Shown here: piece after piece, positions 22,601 to 29,794 of the stretch
How the letters are laid out: the number at the start of each line of letters is the position of its first letter
Numbering within the stretch: the stretch's first letter is position 1
Origin: Candidatus Woesearchaeota archaeon
Lineage (GTDB): Archaea > Nanobdellota > Nanobdellia > Woesearchaeales > JAZDKJ01
DNA: 64,000 nt
NCBI GenBank assembly: GCA_043803105.1
Contig: JAZDKJ010000006.1
Location: forward strand, 128,001-192,000
Direction of reading: 5' to 3'
Translations under genes and position numbers: made by a program
Notes under the pieces: model-generated
Database searches by the model: none
What the model was told of the DNA's origin: nothing
The model's input: only the letters and a program-made list of their open reading frames with translations

Positions 22601-25600
22601 TAATGCCTCAGCCTCAATAGATGAGGGGAGCATTATTAGTTATTCTTTTGAGCTTGACAACAATGTTGCTTTTAGCAGCCCAACCACACTATGTGCTTCT
22701 CAGTCCAAGAATTGCAGTTTCAATACCATAACTCAGGGCCAATGCGCTGAACAGAGCACTGCCTGCTTCCTCAGGCTAAATGTTACTGACAACGAAGGAC
22801 TGAGAAATGATTATCGTCTGTCAATAGGCATTGACAACATAGGCCCGACATCAGTCCTTGACATTCTGCGCAACTTCACAAACATCTCGCAGTCCTCTGT
22901 TAATGTGAACGCCTCTGTAACTGATCTTGGCTCAGGTGTTGACACTGTAGTCTTCAAGTACAGGCAGAATACCACTTCTGCATGGAATACTGCCTGCGTC
23001 AAGAGAGGCCTTCCATACCAGTGCGCCTGGAATCTTGCAGGGCTTGCAGACAGCAAGGCTTACCAGCTCAGGGTTTTCTCGAATGACAGCAAGTCTAACC
23101 TCGGATTGAACAGCACCCACTCAAACATCACAATTGACAAGACCCCTCCGAAGATAATGATTCAGTCTCCTGTCAATAATTCTTGGAACAATACTGTCAT
23201 CGTCTTCTTTTTTAATGCAACTGATCGGACTTCTAGGATGAAGAATTGTAGCTTAGTCATCAACAACAAGGTCAATCTTACTCAAAATGCCACTGCTGTA
23301 AGGATGAATTTCTCCCAGCAGTTCGCTGAGGGAGCCTACAATTGGCGCATCAACTGCACAGACTATTCAGGCAATACCAACACCACAAAGGCCAGGATAT
23401 TTCACGTTGATACCACAGGTCCTGTTCTTGTGCTTGACAGGCCCAGGTCATTCTATAATACCTCTCGCGCCCTGATACCTCTCAATGCCTCTGTCTCTGA
23501 CTCAGGTATAGGCGTAAAAGTGGCAGTCTATGAGTACAGGCAGAACTCTTCCTCGTCTTGGATTCCTGCCTGCAACTCCTCTGTTGCACCGTTCAACTGC
23601 ACATGGAACAGCGCCTCTTTGCCTGACAGCAACCAGTACGCAATACGTGCAAAGGCCTTTGACCTGCTTGACAACAATGGTTCCCTAAGCATTCATTATA
23701 ACATAACTATTGACAGGACTAACCCCATAATTCGCCTTATTGGTCCATTGAACAATTCGCGCGACATTGACGGCAAGGTTATCTTCCTGTACAATGTTAC
23801 TGATGCCTTGTCCAAGATCTCCAACTGTTCTTTGATCATTGACCAGAAGCTTAATAGGACTAACAAGACAGTTACCAAGGGAGTGCAGCAGTACTTCAGG
23901 GTTACAGGAATAGTTGACGGTTTCCACAAGTGGAGCATCAATTGCACTGACAAGGTTGGCAACAAGGCCTACTCCCTTACCTATAACCTTTCAGTTTTCC
24001 CTGACACAGAGGCACCTGTTGTAAGGCTGGTTTCTCCTTCCAACAGGTCCATCTACACCAGAAATACTGTTTTGTTCGTTTACAATGTCACAGACATGTG
24101 GTCTGGAATAAAGAACTGCAGTCTCTATATCGGCAGCAGGCTAAACAAGAGCTCAAACAATGTTCCAAGAGGCCTGCTCCAGACCTTTACAACAAATCTT
24201 GGCGACGGCAACTATTCGTGGAGTGTTAAGTGTTTTGACAACAGCACAGGCTACTTTAACATGGGCTCAAGCCTGAAATACAATCTTTCAGTGATAAAGG
24301 CTACCTCCATCATTGTTTCTGTTGTTCCTGAGCACACTCTCTTTGAGAAGGGCGAAATTGCCCGCTTTAACATTTCAACTCATGACAGGTTCAACAATCT
24401 CCTGGAGACAAATATCACCACTGATATTGTAACCTCCAACACCTCGCTTCCCTGGTGGAATACCTCCTTTAAGTATCGCAGCCAGATAAACATTACTCCA
24501 AGGCAGCTCCTCGAGGCAAACTATACGATGAACCACACCCTTAACACCATGGCCTTGATAAATGCGAGCAAGATGCGCCAGGATGCCTTGGACCTTAGGG
24601 TTGTCTGGTGGGATAATGAGACCAATTCCTGGAAGCACCTTGCGCGCATACTGAGGAACATTAACAAGACCACCACAGAGGTCATGTTCAGGATACAAAG
24701 GAATATTACATCAAAAAATTATTTTTACTATGTTTATTACGGGAATTCCACTGTTTCAAGCGCCCCCTCAAGCAGGAGCGAGATATTTTTCTTCTATGAT
24801 TCCTTTACTGCAAACACTCTCGGTAACTATTCTCTCGCAAGCTCATTCGACGATTCCAATGAGGACCAGAACTCAACACTTAGGTATGATTCCTCAAAGA
24901 GGCATCTGAACTACACCTCTTCTGCAGGAAACGGCAAGTCCATTAGGATGATGTCAAAACCGATCAAGGATGCAATTATTGAGGTCAGGCAGAATTACCA
25001 GCAGAAGAACGGCTTGTATGCCAAGCTTGAGCTAGGCACTTTGGTAAGCGGTTCCAGTTATTACTATTTCTGGGCCTCGACCAACAACTATCCAAGCGAG
25101 CTTGGCCGCTACAACGACGGTTCAAAAACATTTTCTACGACCAGCGACACCCAGTACACTGATTTCAACGTGAATCATCTGCTTACCTTCATTGTTTATT
25201 CCAATGACACCACTGTCTTCCTCAAGTCGTTTGTGGACGGCAGCGCACTAATAAGCTATAATGACAGTTCTGCACAGCGCCTCTTGGGCCCTGGCGGCTT
25301 TGGGCCTGGTGCTTTCCAGTTCAATGGCTCCTGGGACAACATAAGTGTTCGCAGGTTTGTGAAGAACCTGCCCTTGACTGGAAATCTAAAGGAGGAGCGC
25401 TTTGTCTTCAGGTCTTCAAATTCTTCTGGTAAGGACGCTTTGTGGACAATGTCCTGGAATACCGCTAGCGCCTCCCTTGGCAATTACTCTGCAGTCTCTT
25501 TGGCTGCAAACTCCAATTACTTAAACGGTGTTGGCTATGCTAGTTTCAGGCTTGGCCCTGATTTGAGCCCTCCGGTCATTACACCTTTGCTGCCAGTTCA

Positions 25601-26717
25601 TGGGCTCAACACCACCAACACAACAATCGTGTTCAACTGGCTTGCGACCGACAGGGTTGACACAAACATCTCATGCAATTTCAGCCTCAATGGAGTCTTC
25701 AAGTCAAAGGTCTACAGTGTTAACAGCAAGCAGTCGAATTACACACTTGCCAATCCTGCTGCTGGCTTCAACTACTGGAATGTCACCTGTATTGATGATG
25801 CCAACAATTCCAACAAGAGCCAGACAAGGTTTGTTGTAGTTGTAAAGGCTCCACAAACCTTTATGGTCATGCTTGCACCTGACAACCGTAGTGTGAGCCT
25901 TAATTGGTCAAATGCCAGTTATTCTGATTACTATGCAGTCTATATTGGCAAGAACCAGACATATTTCTACTCTACACCAAATATTACCCTCTCGAAGGTT
26001 TTGAACTGGACTGACCAAAGCTCTGCGTCCTCTCTAATTAGGTTCTATAGGATTGCTGTTGTAAGGGGAGATGCAAGAAAATTCCATAACAACACTGTCG
26101 GAAAGCACCTTGTTACTCTCTATCCTGATTGGAATATGGTGAGTCTGCCGCTCATATTGGCAAATTCTGAGCTGAAGAACCAGACCAATAATGGCTATGA
26201 CCCGCTCTTTAAGCCCTCCCATTGTGTTAAAGAGATTTGGCGTTATAACTCCACAATGTCTGCTTTGTGGGAGGAAACAGTTTACGAGGGCAGCTACTGG
26301 CTTCCTGGCTCAGGGAGCACTAACTTTACCAGCCTTGACCGCGTGGCTGGTTACTGGTTCTACAACAATCTTACGCAGAACTGCAATTACACTGTTGTGG
26401 GCAGTCTGCCAACCTCCAATACTACAGTGCATCTCAATTCTGACTATAATCTTGTTGGTTGGAATTCTGAGGACTCATCGCTCTTGCCAACGAACGCACA
26501 GCCAGATTATCCGCTTCAAATTGCCCCTGTGAACTCGATCAAGTATGCCTATTATTATGATTCTGTCATTGACCAGTTTAAGGGTTCAATTCACTATGAC
26601 AACTGGGGTTGGTGGCCCTCTTCTGCACCTAGAAACCTGCTCGGTCTTGAGCCAGGAAAATCCTATTATCTCAAGACCTTGCGCAAATCCAATTGGACTT
26701 TGAGGTCGATAAAATGA
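10674..26717 (+). CDS. Giant (5347 aa) secreted Ig-repeat surface glycoprotein or adhesin with DUF2341-like and lectin-like C-terminal region
   Basis: Signal peptide; dozens of ~95-aa D.T.P...NCSL...G.Y.W.V.C.D..GN repeats; WWNTSFKYR...DLRVVWWD...YYVYYGN DUF2341-like segment; very dense N-x-S/T; no C-terminal TM. Confidence 0.9.
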   Translation: MRSVQKMILPLIFLLVLVLVSASDYENASFSNITMLNCTDSSEMQVNQTINISISAQANLSSLANVSLFGNLSLPGNLSDAGNWSNASSFTANETQPINWTNANVINSTNLSANITLNQSMNGLNSPNSSSVQAASSLCDRISVFREQASIAGPKKTIAVHLVLLSQEFVPQFVFDESVPANWQVLDYSGSLPYSIVNSSHLLYRLSNLTGLQIFGYRILAPEAQGNYTFAASLNFVNQSCPLPLHKVEVVRSRASFEVGISSNRSLPLLDFSLLNFSVRNIGDKSVEDYHTFFYWYYNKTVFDILWVEKNCRLAHGLLSCEWNTFLENETKFFSIAILPKLASPQFVKSNITYDPPEQPAKVSVLKRITGLFSSVFSLLKEFFVRLFSGGITGEVVKEVGPDKENKNETRPAPNVSLPETVPTIEPPAAPNRTELPASVPEPAQPVKKVTQISGSGSSSSSSSGSNHHPEEPKAPPEAPKKIWYTSVAYNFLRASNVSTNQSRLPAVEIFDSNHHRVEATELIEQNSYGSYDISFSFSSGATLEILNLSAGFDHSKAIGFEEFVPAQHSNLESFSRVISIDPSSFNFTHAVLRYTALGTKLFKCADWNFTLQKCLGSWENVMNLTPGQEYSVLFNNLDPAFAEASVSGPKKLRRHDFKSFENPIFEINMTSNITSYLLNPDGDMQRLPDSNVLRKGFSSFEITVDSRRYFRPGLYKLLVYSGNASYEQNFTWGVLAVNTQKSIYNQNELAKIGMAVLDDLGKMVCNANVTLLITSPDNLTTVLSTDNALIKVSPECAVYGITELPDYYANYTTTIPGTYSLNLTAVTFNGVRSVSDSFIVGKSDFDVSRKTATRIFPFVPYIVNISITANHNYKGTISDFVPSVFAINPQSGLTISELGDTKSLSWDVDLKKGDTLSLAYEYDAPDTSPMFYLLGKLQIGSWQEYRYWQIASDAGCSANNINAPVSPLKCAVDSSFSMNCTVVVNGKDTFTQHAQYSLGSSYPVITGTSVHMDTFSSNPVSHSSSGTVTDVWTVNCRFPGVYAVRCNVVCGTNTTSSTRQVNITDAYPHWSANKTDYPSTYSKTTQTKFNVTWADNKGISLARIELNFSGSKVNYTMNRITGSVTEGVYNFSRVFKVGSYQWKGFANDTFNQKNSTPVWRFNIVRATPVLNITINRTRRNWTVQERSSLWLNGSIVVGESPYIELYLNSTKINNRSSPAANYTYFRKPGRYNVTAKVPQTQNYTAAQTIILFINVTDASPPNITLLLPLNKSFSNNGNVNFTFNVADYSNIANCSLYYGTSLITVNKTVNKAITQRFVKTGLAVDVYDWKIRCFDVLGYSSNSTVWRVIVDKTAPAVVLSSPVNRSFSSTGTVQQSYTLTETNKDRCILYTNYSSVWKVNQSQVPVSGSNSFVAKTVPEGTYIWNVWCNDSAKFSSWHYINWTIFVDMYKPKINFTGPTPANRTNLSTRNVVINVTLFDKNPNTFILNWNGTNQSIKPYGTYVNISKTLNDGVYSYYAVANDSFGQTNNTGKRILIIDATAPRLYLRQPSNRTWINNNSVKFEYNITENLAGLKNCSLIINNKLNRTNTTVQLGITQYFRVNLSNSLGYNWMINCSDKFRNRNSSPLRLIKVDSAFPTVKDEKSNTSGTVGIGSTVCLNLTTSDAFSGVRNVTVELDLPATGKKNYSFSNATGGCGGAGASVWSQKIACTETGSYAWVRTFVYDNAVNKNTTVPSIAVAWSAVTQIFLNINMSKPKVNFELNESKTSRNSSFLQNCNVTCNQSSTGSCEGVLIYAQYKYGTWIELNKTTTLLTNSLNFKNCSTLAKGQNCSQSFNITVGKNSGANTFGLRCMVYSANGGTIFSKTQINLTIDDFPVARFTSPLNRSYLRSKVRLNASSSSDDKSIVSYSFEIDNNAAFSHPSTLCVTTNKNCTLNTTSQTQCSENSWACFLRLNVTDISSLKNSTIINVQIDNAKPTVRLNLPSTSSWSASPSVSLKYTPTDQNLAYCVLYDNSSGFAAVQTHGSITSGSEDTFTDSLADGSYKWNVRCNDSAGNFAFNNTNRTFSVDTTYPKLVYAGGTLANNSFAGQDYVYVNVSVNEKNTANLTFYLYNVSRKLVNSTFRSAGSRSVNFTKLNPNSVYYFNVSVLDKAGNRNRTILRKITLDNTRPKIVYGLGTSQNGVFVNRNWIYVNVSVTETNFNNITFYLYNISGLVNRTNYTSSSFFINFTNLKNTNMVYFYNVTVRDKSGFSNSTVKRNITLDTTLPSVKLLQPSNANITRGNTNLRFNFSVIDTNIKNCSLYSNFSGAYKLNQTNTTVRNGTKTVFKPLTLQSGTYLWNVRCYDMAGNNAFNKTNWTLQVDISAPSAFILRYPVNGKVSKVLTPLLNWSPTVEAHFKNYTVRVSENKNFASINYIYSNRRNISNTSYQVSSAWTANRVFFWRVTAYDTLGFYTNATQDFNYTTDTISPRTRLQRPLNNSVWTSSNLVQFIFNATDSNPIANCTLLVNGVTSSVSPVSNNTATVIQRSLANGNYKWYVNCTDIGGNVNKSLTRNVSVKVQIPIITFFESYGSSGAPTIDLNYTQDQTPNSYAKVCVKNSENTLVTATTVQGVKVNGFLIKASQPINFSGSFSGAQNAYISWRLYYNNGTQEPLIAQDGDRQLGGTLYTATAQSTVSSKRNSTPSQDIHLGPNDKVKIINYLYYSTGANVEYTHYWDNSQSFVKLYGYILGWLKTNLSAPLTDPAPAESAQFNATCNISCSSGYCMGTEVTIQTRPNPSSPWSTISYSSGNIRLYSIAASNPQSAGNFNGSAKRNFTLVAYAISRNNQLRCLANSTYSSVAGSLLTTVTVRDITKPSASLVSPANASFSSSGNLTLGYIPKDNYNVSNCSLVINRKLNQTNKTITEDLTNYFRVKNLGSGRYNWSVNCTDSFANKNNSISWLVIVDRTRPLIRFNNGTAKNNTFASRNYIFVNVSAFDANEANITFYLYNSSKNLVNLTTKQAGSRSINFTKLNSNMVYYYNVSIRDKANNYNNTRTRKITLDTTPPTSRLDAPSTGSWTRTNPQFTYTPYDANLDACKVYHNASGIFKANASNTNVVSTQQSSFTVALSDGSHKWTIWCNDTAGNYAFNSTNRTILVDKTVPKIFFGSNTEPADTYFNRDWIYVNTTVLELHESNITFKLFNETKLLNLTTLAAGTRSINFTKLASNKDYYYNVTAVDLAGNSNSTLTRKLTLDSTFPTIQLASPGDREADPDGLLTMSYIPDDPLSPHLDNCELFGNFSGSWKLNQTDISPREQVTNSFLEMSLPYGTYIWNVRCNDSAGNSNWSASNFTVFVDNIAPVVLLLSPKNASYTSNSVLTFEYSFSEAHEEVCILWSNFSGTWKKNETDPTPRPDSVNSIEAHAPDGSYKWNIWCNDSAGNHAFNNTNRTLFVDRVPPKIFYAGGTESNNSFMSRNWLFVNVSIIDPNKANVTFYLYNSTKKLVNLTVLTGSSHSINFTKLNGNMVYFYNVTAADRANNKNSTVLRKLTLDSTKPRSSYLYPTPPENWNQSSTTVVINVSHIDVNPNTFIFTWNTSVEASKPYIGNYTNITKQNLVDGVYTYYMWSDDKAGNVNQTRTRTLRVDTKPPLVQLRLPLNNKWINTENLTFWFNVSDQLLSVANCTLLINGSVNQTNRTIRKDILQSFKVKGLRDSGYSWQVNCSDSINNRNGSPVRITKIDLTYPTIELMSANVTKINITQTLCLNATVFDALSGVNQTWAIVRAPNSIQFKVPLTHGATSCNKVNNPDVYSSTYKVTNVGIYNWTFTWANDTASNKNSTYTGIIWNSTSIGTITVNATKPSINLRLNESEPGRNYTFELNCKAYCDDKPQNCTNVTLYPMYNYSDISDINSTSPFLRSHNNSYNLGNLTAGGSPKNYTFVIRTTTDSGHTSWSVFCRATSNIVGTYYSKRQMNISVNDHPHAFFTYPSNASWLARTERLNASASIDEGSIISYSFELDNNVAFSSPTTLCASQSKNCSFNTITQGQCAEQSTACFLRLNVTDNEGLRNDYRLSIGIDNIGPTSVLDILRNFTNISQSSVNVNASVTDLGSGVDTVVFKYRQNTTSAWNTACVKRGLPYQCAWNLAGLADSKAYQLRVFSNDSKSNLGLNSTHSNITIDKTPPKIMIQSPVNNSWNNTVIVFFFNATDRTSRMKNCSLVINNKVNLTQNATAVRMNFSQQFAEGAYNWRINCTDYSGNTNTTKARIFHVDTTGPVLVLDRPRSFYNTSRALIPLNASVSDSGIGVKVAVYEYRQNSSSSWIPACNSSVAPFNCTWNSASLPDSNQYAIRAKAFDLLDNNGSLSIHYNITIDRTNPIIRLIGPLNNSRDIDGKVIFLYNVTDALSKISNCSLIIDQKLNRTNKTVTKGVQQYFRVTGIVDGFHKWSINCTDKVGNKAYSLTYNLSVFPDTEAPVVRLVSPSNRSIYTRNTVLFVYNVTDMWSGIKNCSLYIGSRLNKSSNNVPRGLLQTFTTNLGDGNYSWSVKCFDNSTGYFNMGSSLKYNLSVIKATSIIVSVVPEHTLFEKGEIARFNISTHDRFNNLLETNITTDIVTSNTSLPWWNTSFKYRSQINITPRQLLEANYTMNHTLNTMALINASKMRQDALDLRVVWWDNETNSWKHLARILRNINKTTTEVMFRIQRNITSKNYFYYVYYGNSTVSSAPSSRSEIFFFYDSFTANTLGNYSLASSFDDSNEDQNSTLRYDSSKRHLNYTSSAGNGKSIRMMSKPIKDAIIEVRQNYQQKNGLYAKLELGTLVSGSSYYYFWASTNNYPSELGRYNDGSKTFSTTSDTQYTDFNVNHLLTFIVYSNDTTVFLKSFVDGSALISYNDSSAQRLLGPGGFGPGAFQFNGSWDNISVRRFVKNLPLTGNLKEERFVFRSSNSSGKDALWTMSWNTASASLGNYSAVSLAANSNYLNGVGYASFRLGPDLSPPVITPLLPVHGLNTTNTTIVFNWLATDRVDTNISCNFSLNGVFKSKVYSVNSKQSNYTLANPAAGFNYWNVTCIDDANNSNKSQTRFVVVVKAPQTFMVMLAPDNRSVSLNWSNASYSDYYAVYIGKNQTYFYSTPNITLSKVLNWTDQSSASSLIRFYRIAVVRGDARKFHNNTVGKHLVTLYPDWNMVSLPLILANSELKNQTNNGYDPLFKPSHCVKEIWRYNSTMSALWEETVYEGSYWLPGSGSTNFTSLDRVAGYWFYNNLTQNCNYTVVGSLPTSNTTVHLNSDYNLVGWNSEDSSLLPTNAQPDYPLQIAPVNSIKYAYYYDSVIDQFKGSIHYDNWGWWPSSAPRNLLGLEPGKSYYLKTLRKSNWTLRSIK
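15020..16595 (+). repeat. Copy 1 of a ~525-aa five-domain block duplicated inside the giant protein
   Basis: PTP.N...VVINV...NPNTFI..WN / N...E...N....NC / LNAS.S.D..SI.SYSFE.DNN.AFS.P.TLC...KNC..NT..Q.QC.E.S.ACFLRLNVTD recurs at about 21260-22838; boundaries approximate. Confidence 0.75.
21260..22838 (+). repeat. Copy 2 of the duplicated multi-domain block
   Basis: Same domain order and motifs as 15020-16595; boundaries approximate. Confidence 0.75.
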
Positions 26718-29700
26718 GGCTTTGTGCTTTCGGATTGATTTGCCTTTTGATGATTCCTGGAGCCTTTGCCCTTGTATCACCTCATGGAATCACTGGCAAA
26801 GTGCTTGAGCTTGACGGCCTGACTCAGGTGCGGGGCACCACATACTTTACAGTCAACAACACTAATAATGGTTTCTTCCTTTCAGGCATGGTCGGTCGCG
26901 GCCAGTCTACAGGAAAGTATCTCGCTGCCTTGAATGGAAAAGACGGAGACCTAATAACAATAAAGGTCTCAAATGATTATCATTTGGCATCACGCTCTAT
27001 TATCCTCCAAGGTGTAATGCACAATGTTGATCTTTTACTGAACACCACAATGCCGATTAACCCTCCGCAGTTTACTTCTGTGCCAATAACAGGTGCCCTT
27101 GAAGATTCACTTTATCTGTACAAGGCTTTTGTTTATGACCCTGATCTGGACACCATTGAATACTCTCTTTCAACGGCCCCTGCTTCAATGCAGGTAAACT
27201 CTACCTCAGGCCTGATAAGCTGGCTGCCAACTGGCAATGATGTGGGTTCGCATACAATTGTTGTCAAGGCCGATGACGGAATCTTTTCAGTTAACCAGTC
27301 ATTTGTCTTGATTGTGCAAAACGTTAACGACCCCCCAATAATCAGCTCGTCCCCAATCATAACTGCAACAGAGGACTATCCATACTTCTATCAGCTGAAC
27401 GCCAGTGACGAAGACAGCGCAAGCTTGTCATATCTCTTGGTTGTCGGCCCAAAAGGTATGTTTATTGACCAAGCATCAGGTCTGCTCCGATGGATTCCAA
27501 CAAATTCAGATATAGGAATAAATCCTGTTAGGCTTTTGGTTGATGACTCTGATGGTGGCCAAGCCTTCCAGGATTTCAACATTACAGTAGCCCCTGTGGA
27601 TGACCCTCCAGTCTTTATTTCAATTCCTGATATTTCTTCCACTCAAGGCTATCCTTATTCGTACCAGGTCCAGGTCATTGACGAGGAAAATGATGAATTG
27701 TTTTTTTCCTTGGCATCGAGCCCAGAGGGAATGTCTATCAGCCAGTCAGGTCTTGTCATTTTCACTCCCTCAAGTTCCCAGGTTGGAAGTTTTTTTGTCT
27801 CCATTATCGTAAGCGAATCCGCACACACAATTTCCCAAAACTACACCCTCTTTGTAGAGGACGTGAATGATGCTCCAATCATAACCTCAATCCCGATGCT
27901 GGTTGCGGTGCAAGGCAGCAATTACAAATACATGGTGCTGGCATTTGACCCGGATCAGGACAATCTTTCATATTCTTTGGGAACTGCTCCTGCAACAATG
28001 CAGATAGATTCCAAAACCGGTTTGATAAACTGGACTCCTGCAAATGATGATGTCGGCTTGCACAATATCACTGTTTTTGTTAGCGACTATAATTCATCTG
28101 CCATGCAATCATTTGTTCTCACTGTCTTGAATGTCAACGATGCTCCGCGAATCGTCTCCGCACCTGTCTTGTCTGCAACACAGGGTGTTTCGTATTCGTA
28201 TCAGGTCATTGCGTCTGATATTGATAATGATCCTCTTTCATTCAGTCTTCTTTCAAGTCCAAAAGGCATGACAATAGATTCAAGCACAGGCCTGATTATC
28301 TGGACTCCAACTGCTTGGCAGGTTTCTTCGTACAACATTACTGTCGTGGTTTCTGATGGTCTGCTCACAGACCAGCAATCTTTTGTTCTGTATGTCCAGA
28401 ATGTTAACGATGCGCCAACAATAACCTCTGAGCCCATAACAATCGCAAATGTTGGTGTGCAATACACCTATCAGGTAAATTCGACGGATTTTGACCATGA
28501 TATATTGACCTATTCTTTGCTTGCCAAGCCTTCAACCATGAGTATAGAGCCATTGACTGGTTTGATTACCTGGCTTCCAAAGCACAAGGACCGTGGCCTG
28601 CATTACATTACTGTGATGGTTAATGATAGTTCACTCGTTTCTGTTCAGACCTATCCCTTGGTTGTGCTTGACGATAATTCATGCCGCAAATCGTGTTACG
28701 AAGTCTCAGATGCAATTTTGCAGGTCTCTGCCACAGCATATTCTAGCTGCAAAACAATTGCCTCAGATGATTTAGATTCCTGCTCTAAATCCTGTGCTGG
28801 CTGTAGTTCATGCAAGCAGTCATATTTCTCTTCCCTGCACTCCTGCTCCTCATCCTACAAAACCTCCCTTTCAGGAGCTGATGAGGTTGAGCAATCTTGC
28901 CTTGATGCCTGCATCGGCGAGTCGCTCAATCTTCAGTCTTACAGTTACAGCGTTGACAATACCTCCATAATTTCTCTTGATGTGCTATCAAGTCAAAAAC
29001 CACTCACTGAAGTCCGTGAGCTTGATTCCAGGCCGCTTGACAGCTCTCCTCCAGGTGCCACTGTCTTCAAGTATTTGGCAATTGACCAGATTGACGATGC
29101 TTCGATTAGTTCTGCGAATATTACTTTCTATGTCGAAAGGCTTTGGCTTGTTGAGCACGGTCTTATAGCATCTGATATAGTTCTCACCCACTTCCACAAC
29201 AATACCTGGATTGTCCTGCCCACAATCTTGCTCTACTCTGATGAATCAAGGTTCTATTATCGCGCAACAACACCCTCATTTTCTTATTTTGCAATTGCCT
29301 CAAGCCACCTGTCACCGAAGATTAGCGATGTCTCGACAAGTAGGCTCATACGCGTGCCGATTGTCATGTCAGGCATCCTTTTCGCCCCTGATTCGACAGA
29401 ACTCCCTAGAGGCACACACTTTGTGATTTTTAACAGGAACAGTAACAAGACTGTTGAGGCCTTTACCGGAGGCCCGTCACCTGGTGCTTTCTTTATTCTT
29501 GTTGAAGGCAATCCTGGGGATGAGCTTGTATTCAGCGTAGAAGGGTTTCCAGATGCAATTCTGGCCAGCCCTGGCGATGTTGACCTTGGAAAATTCAGGC
29601 TTGACCCTGTTAATAATAAGGTTGTTTTGGAGATGCAAAAGGTCTCAAGCGAAGTGCCTCAGCCTGCAGCAGATGTTGTTTCCGAAGTTGTTTCTTCTGT

Positions 29701-29794
29701 CAAATCCATGAATCCGGTTTTCTCCCTTGTTGTGCTCTGCGCATCTTTCCTTGCAGTCTACGCCTTTGTTCGTTTTAGGAGGAAAAATGATTAA
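26714..29794 (+). CDS. Membrane-anchored surface protein: N-terminal beta domain, six cadherin-like/putative Ig repeats, Cys/Ser-rich linker, PGF-pre-PGF domain, C-terminal TM
   Basis: Six PP/AP.[IF].S.P...Y.Y....D.D.D.L.YSL...P..M.I....GL..W.P repeats with NVND linkers; TTPSFSYFAI; TM followed by RFRRK; ATGA overlap with the giant gene. Confidence 0.88.
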   Translation: MRLCAFGLICLLMIPGAFALVSPHGITGKVLELDGLTQVRGTTYFTVNNTNNGFFLSGMVGRGQSTGKYLAALNGKDGDLITIKVSNDYHLASRSIILQGVMHNVDLLLNTTMPINPPQFTSVPITGALEDSLYLYKAFVYDPDLDTIEYSLSTAPASMQVNSTSGLISWLPTGNDVGSHTIVVKADDGIFSVNQSFVLIVQNVNDPPIISSSPIITATEDYPYFYQLNASDEDSASLSYLLVVGPKGMFIDQASGLLRWIPTNSDIGINPVRLLVDDSDGGQAFQDFNITVAPVDDPPVFISIPDISSTQGYPYSYQVQVIDEENDELFFSLASSPEGMSISQSGLVIFTPSSSQVGSFFVSIIVSESAHTISQNYTLFVEDVNDAPIITSIPMLVAVQGSNYKYMVLAFDPDQDNLSYSLGTAPATMQIDSKTGLINWTPANDDVGLHNITVFVSDYNSSAMQSFVLTVLNVNDAPRIVSAPVLSATQGVSYSYQVIASDIDNDPLSFSLLSSPKGMTIDSSTGLIIWTPTAWQVSSYNITVVVSDGLLTDQQSFVLYVQNVNDAPTITSEPITIANVGVQYTYQVNSTDFDHDILTYSLLAKPSTMSIEPLTGLITWLPKHKDRGLHYITVMVNDSSLVSVQTYPLVVLDDNSCRKSCYEVSDAILQVSATAYSSCKTIASDDLDSCSKSCAGCSSCKQSYFSSLHSCSSSYKTSLSGADEVEQSCLDACIGESLNLQSYSYSVDNTSIISLDVLSSQKPLTEVRELDSRPLDSSPPGATVFKYLAIDQIDDASISSANITFYVERLWLVEHGLIASDIVLTHFHNNTWIVLPTILLYSDESRFYYRATTPSFSYFAIASSHLSPKISDVSTSRLIRVPIVMSGILFAPDSTELPRGTHFVIFNRNSNKTVEAFTGGPSPGAFFILVEGNPGDELVFSVEGFPDAILASPGDVDLGKFRLDPVNNKVVLEMQKVSSEVPQPAADVVSEVVSSVKSMNPVFSLVVLCASFLAVYAFVRFRRKND

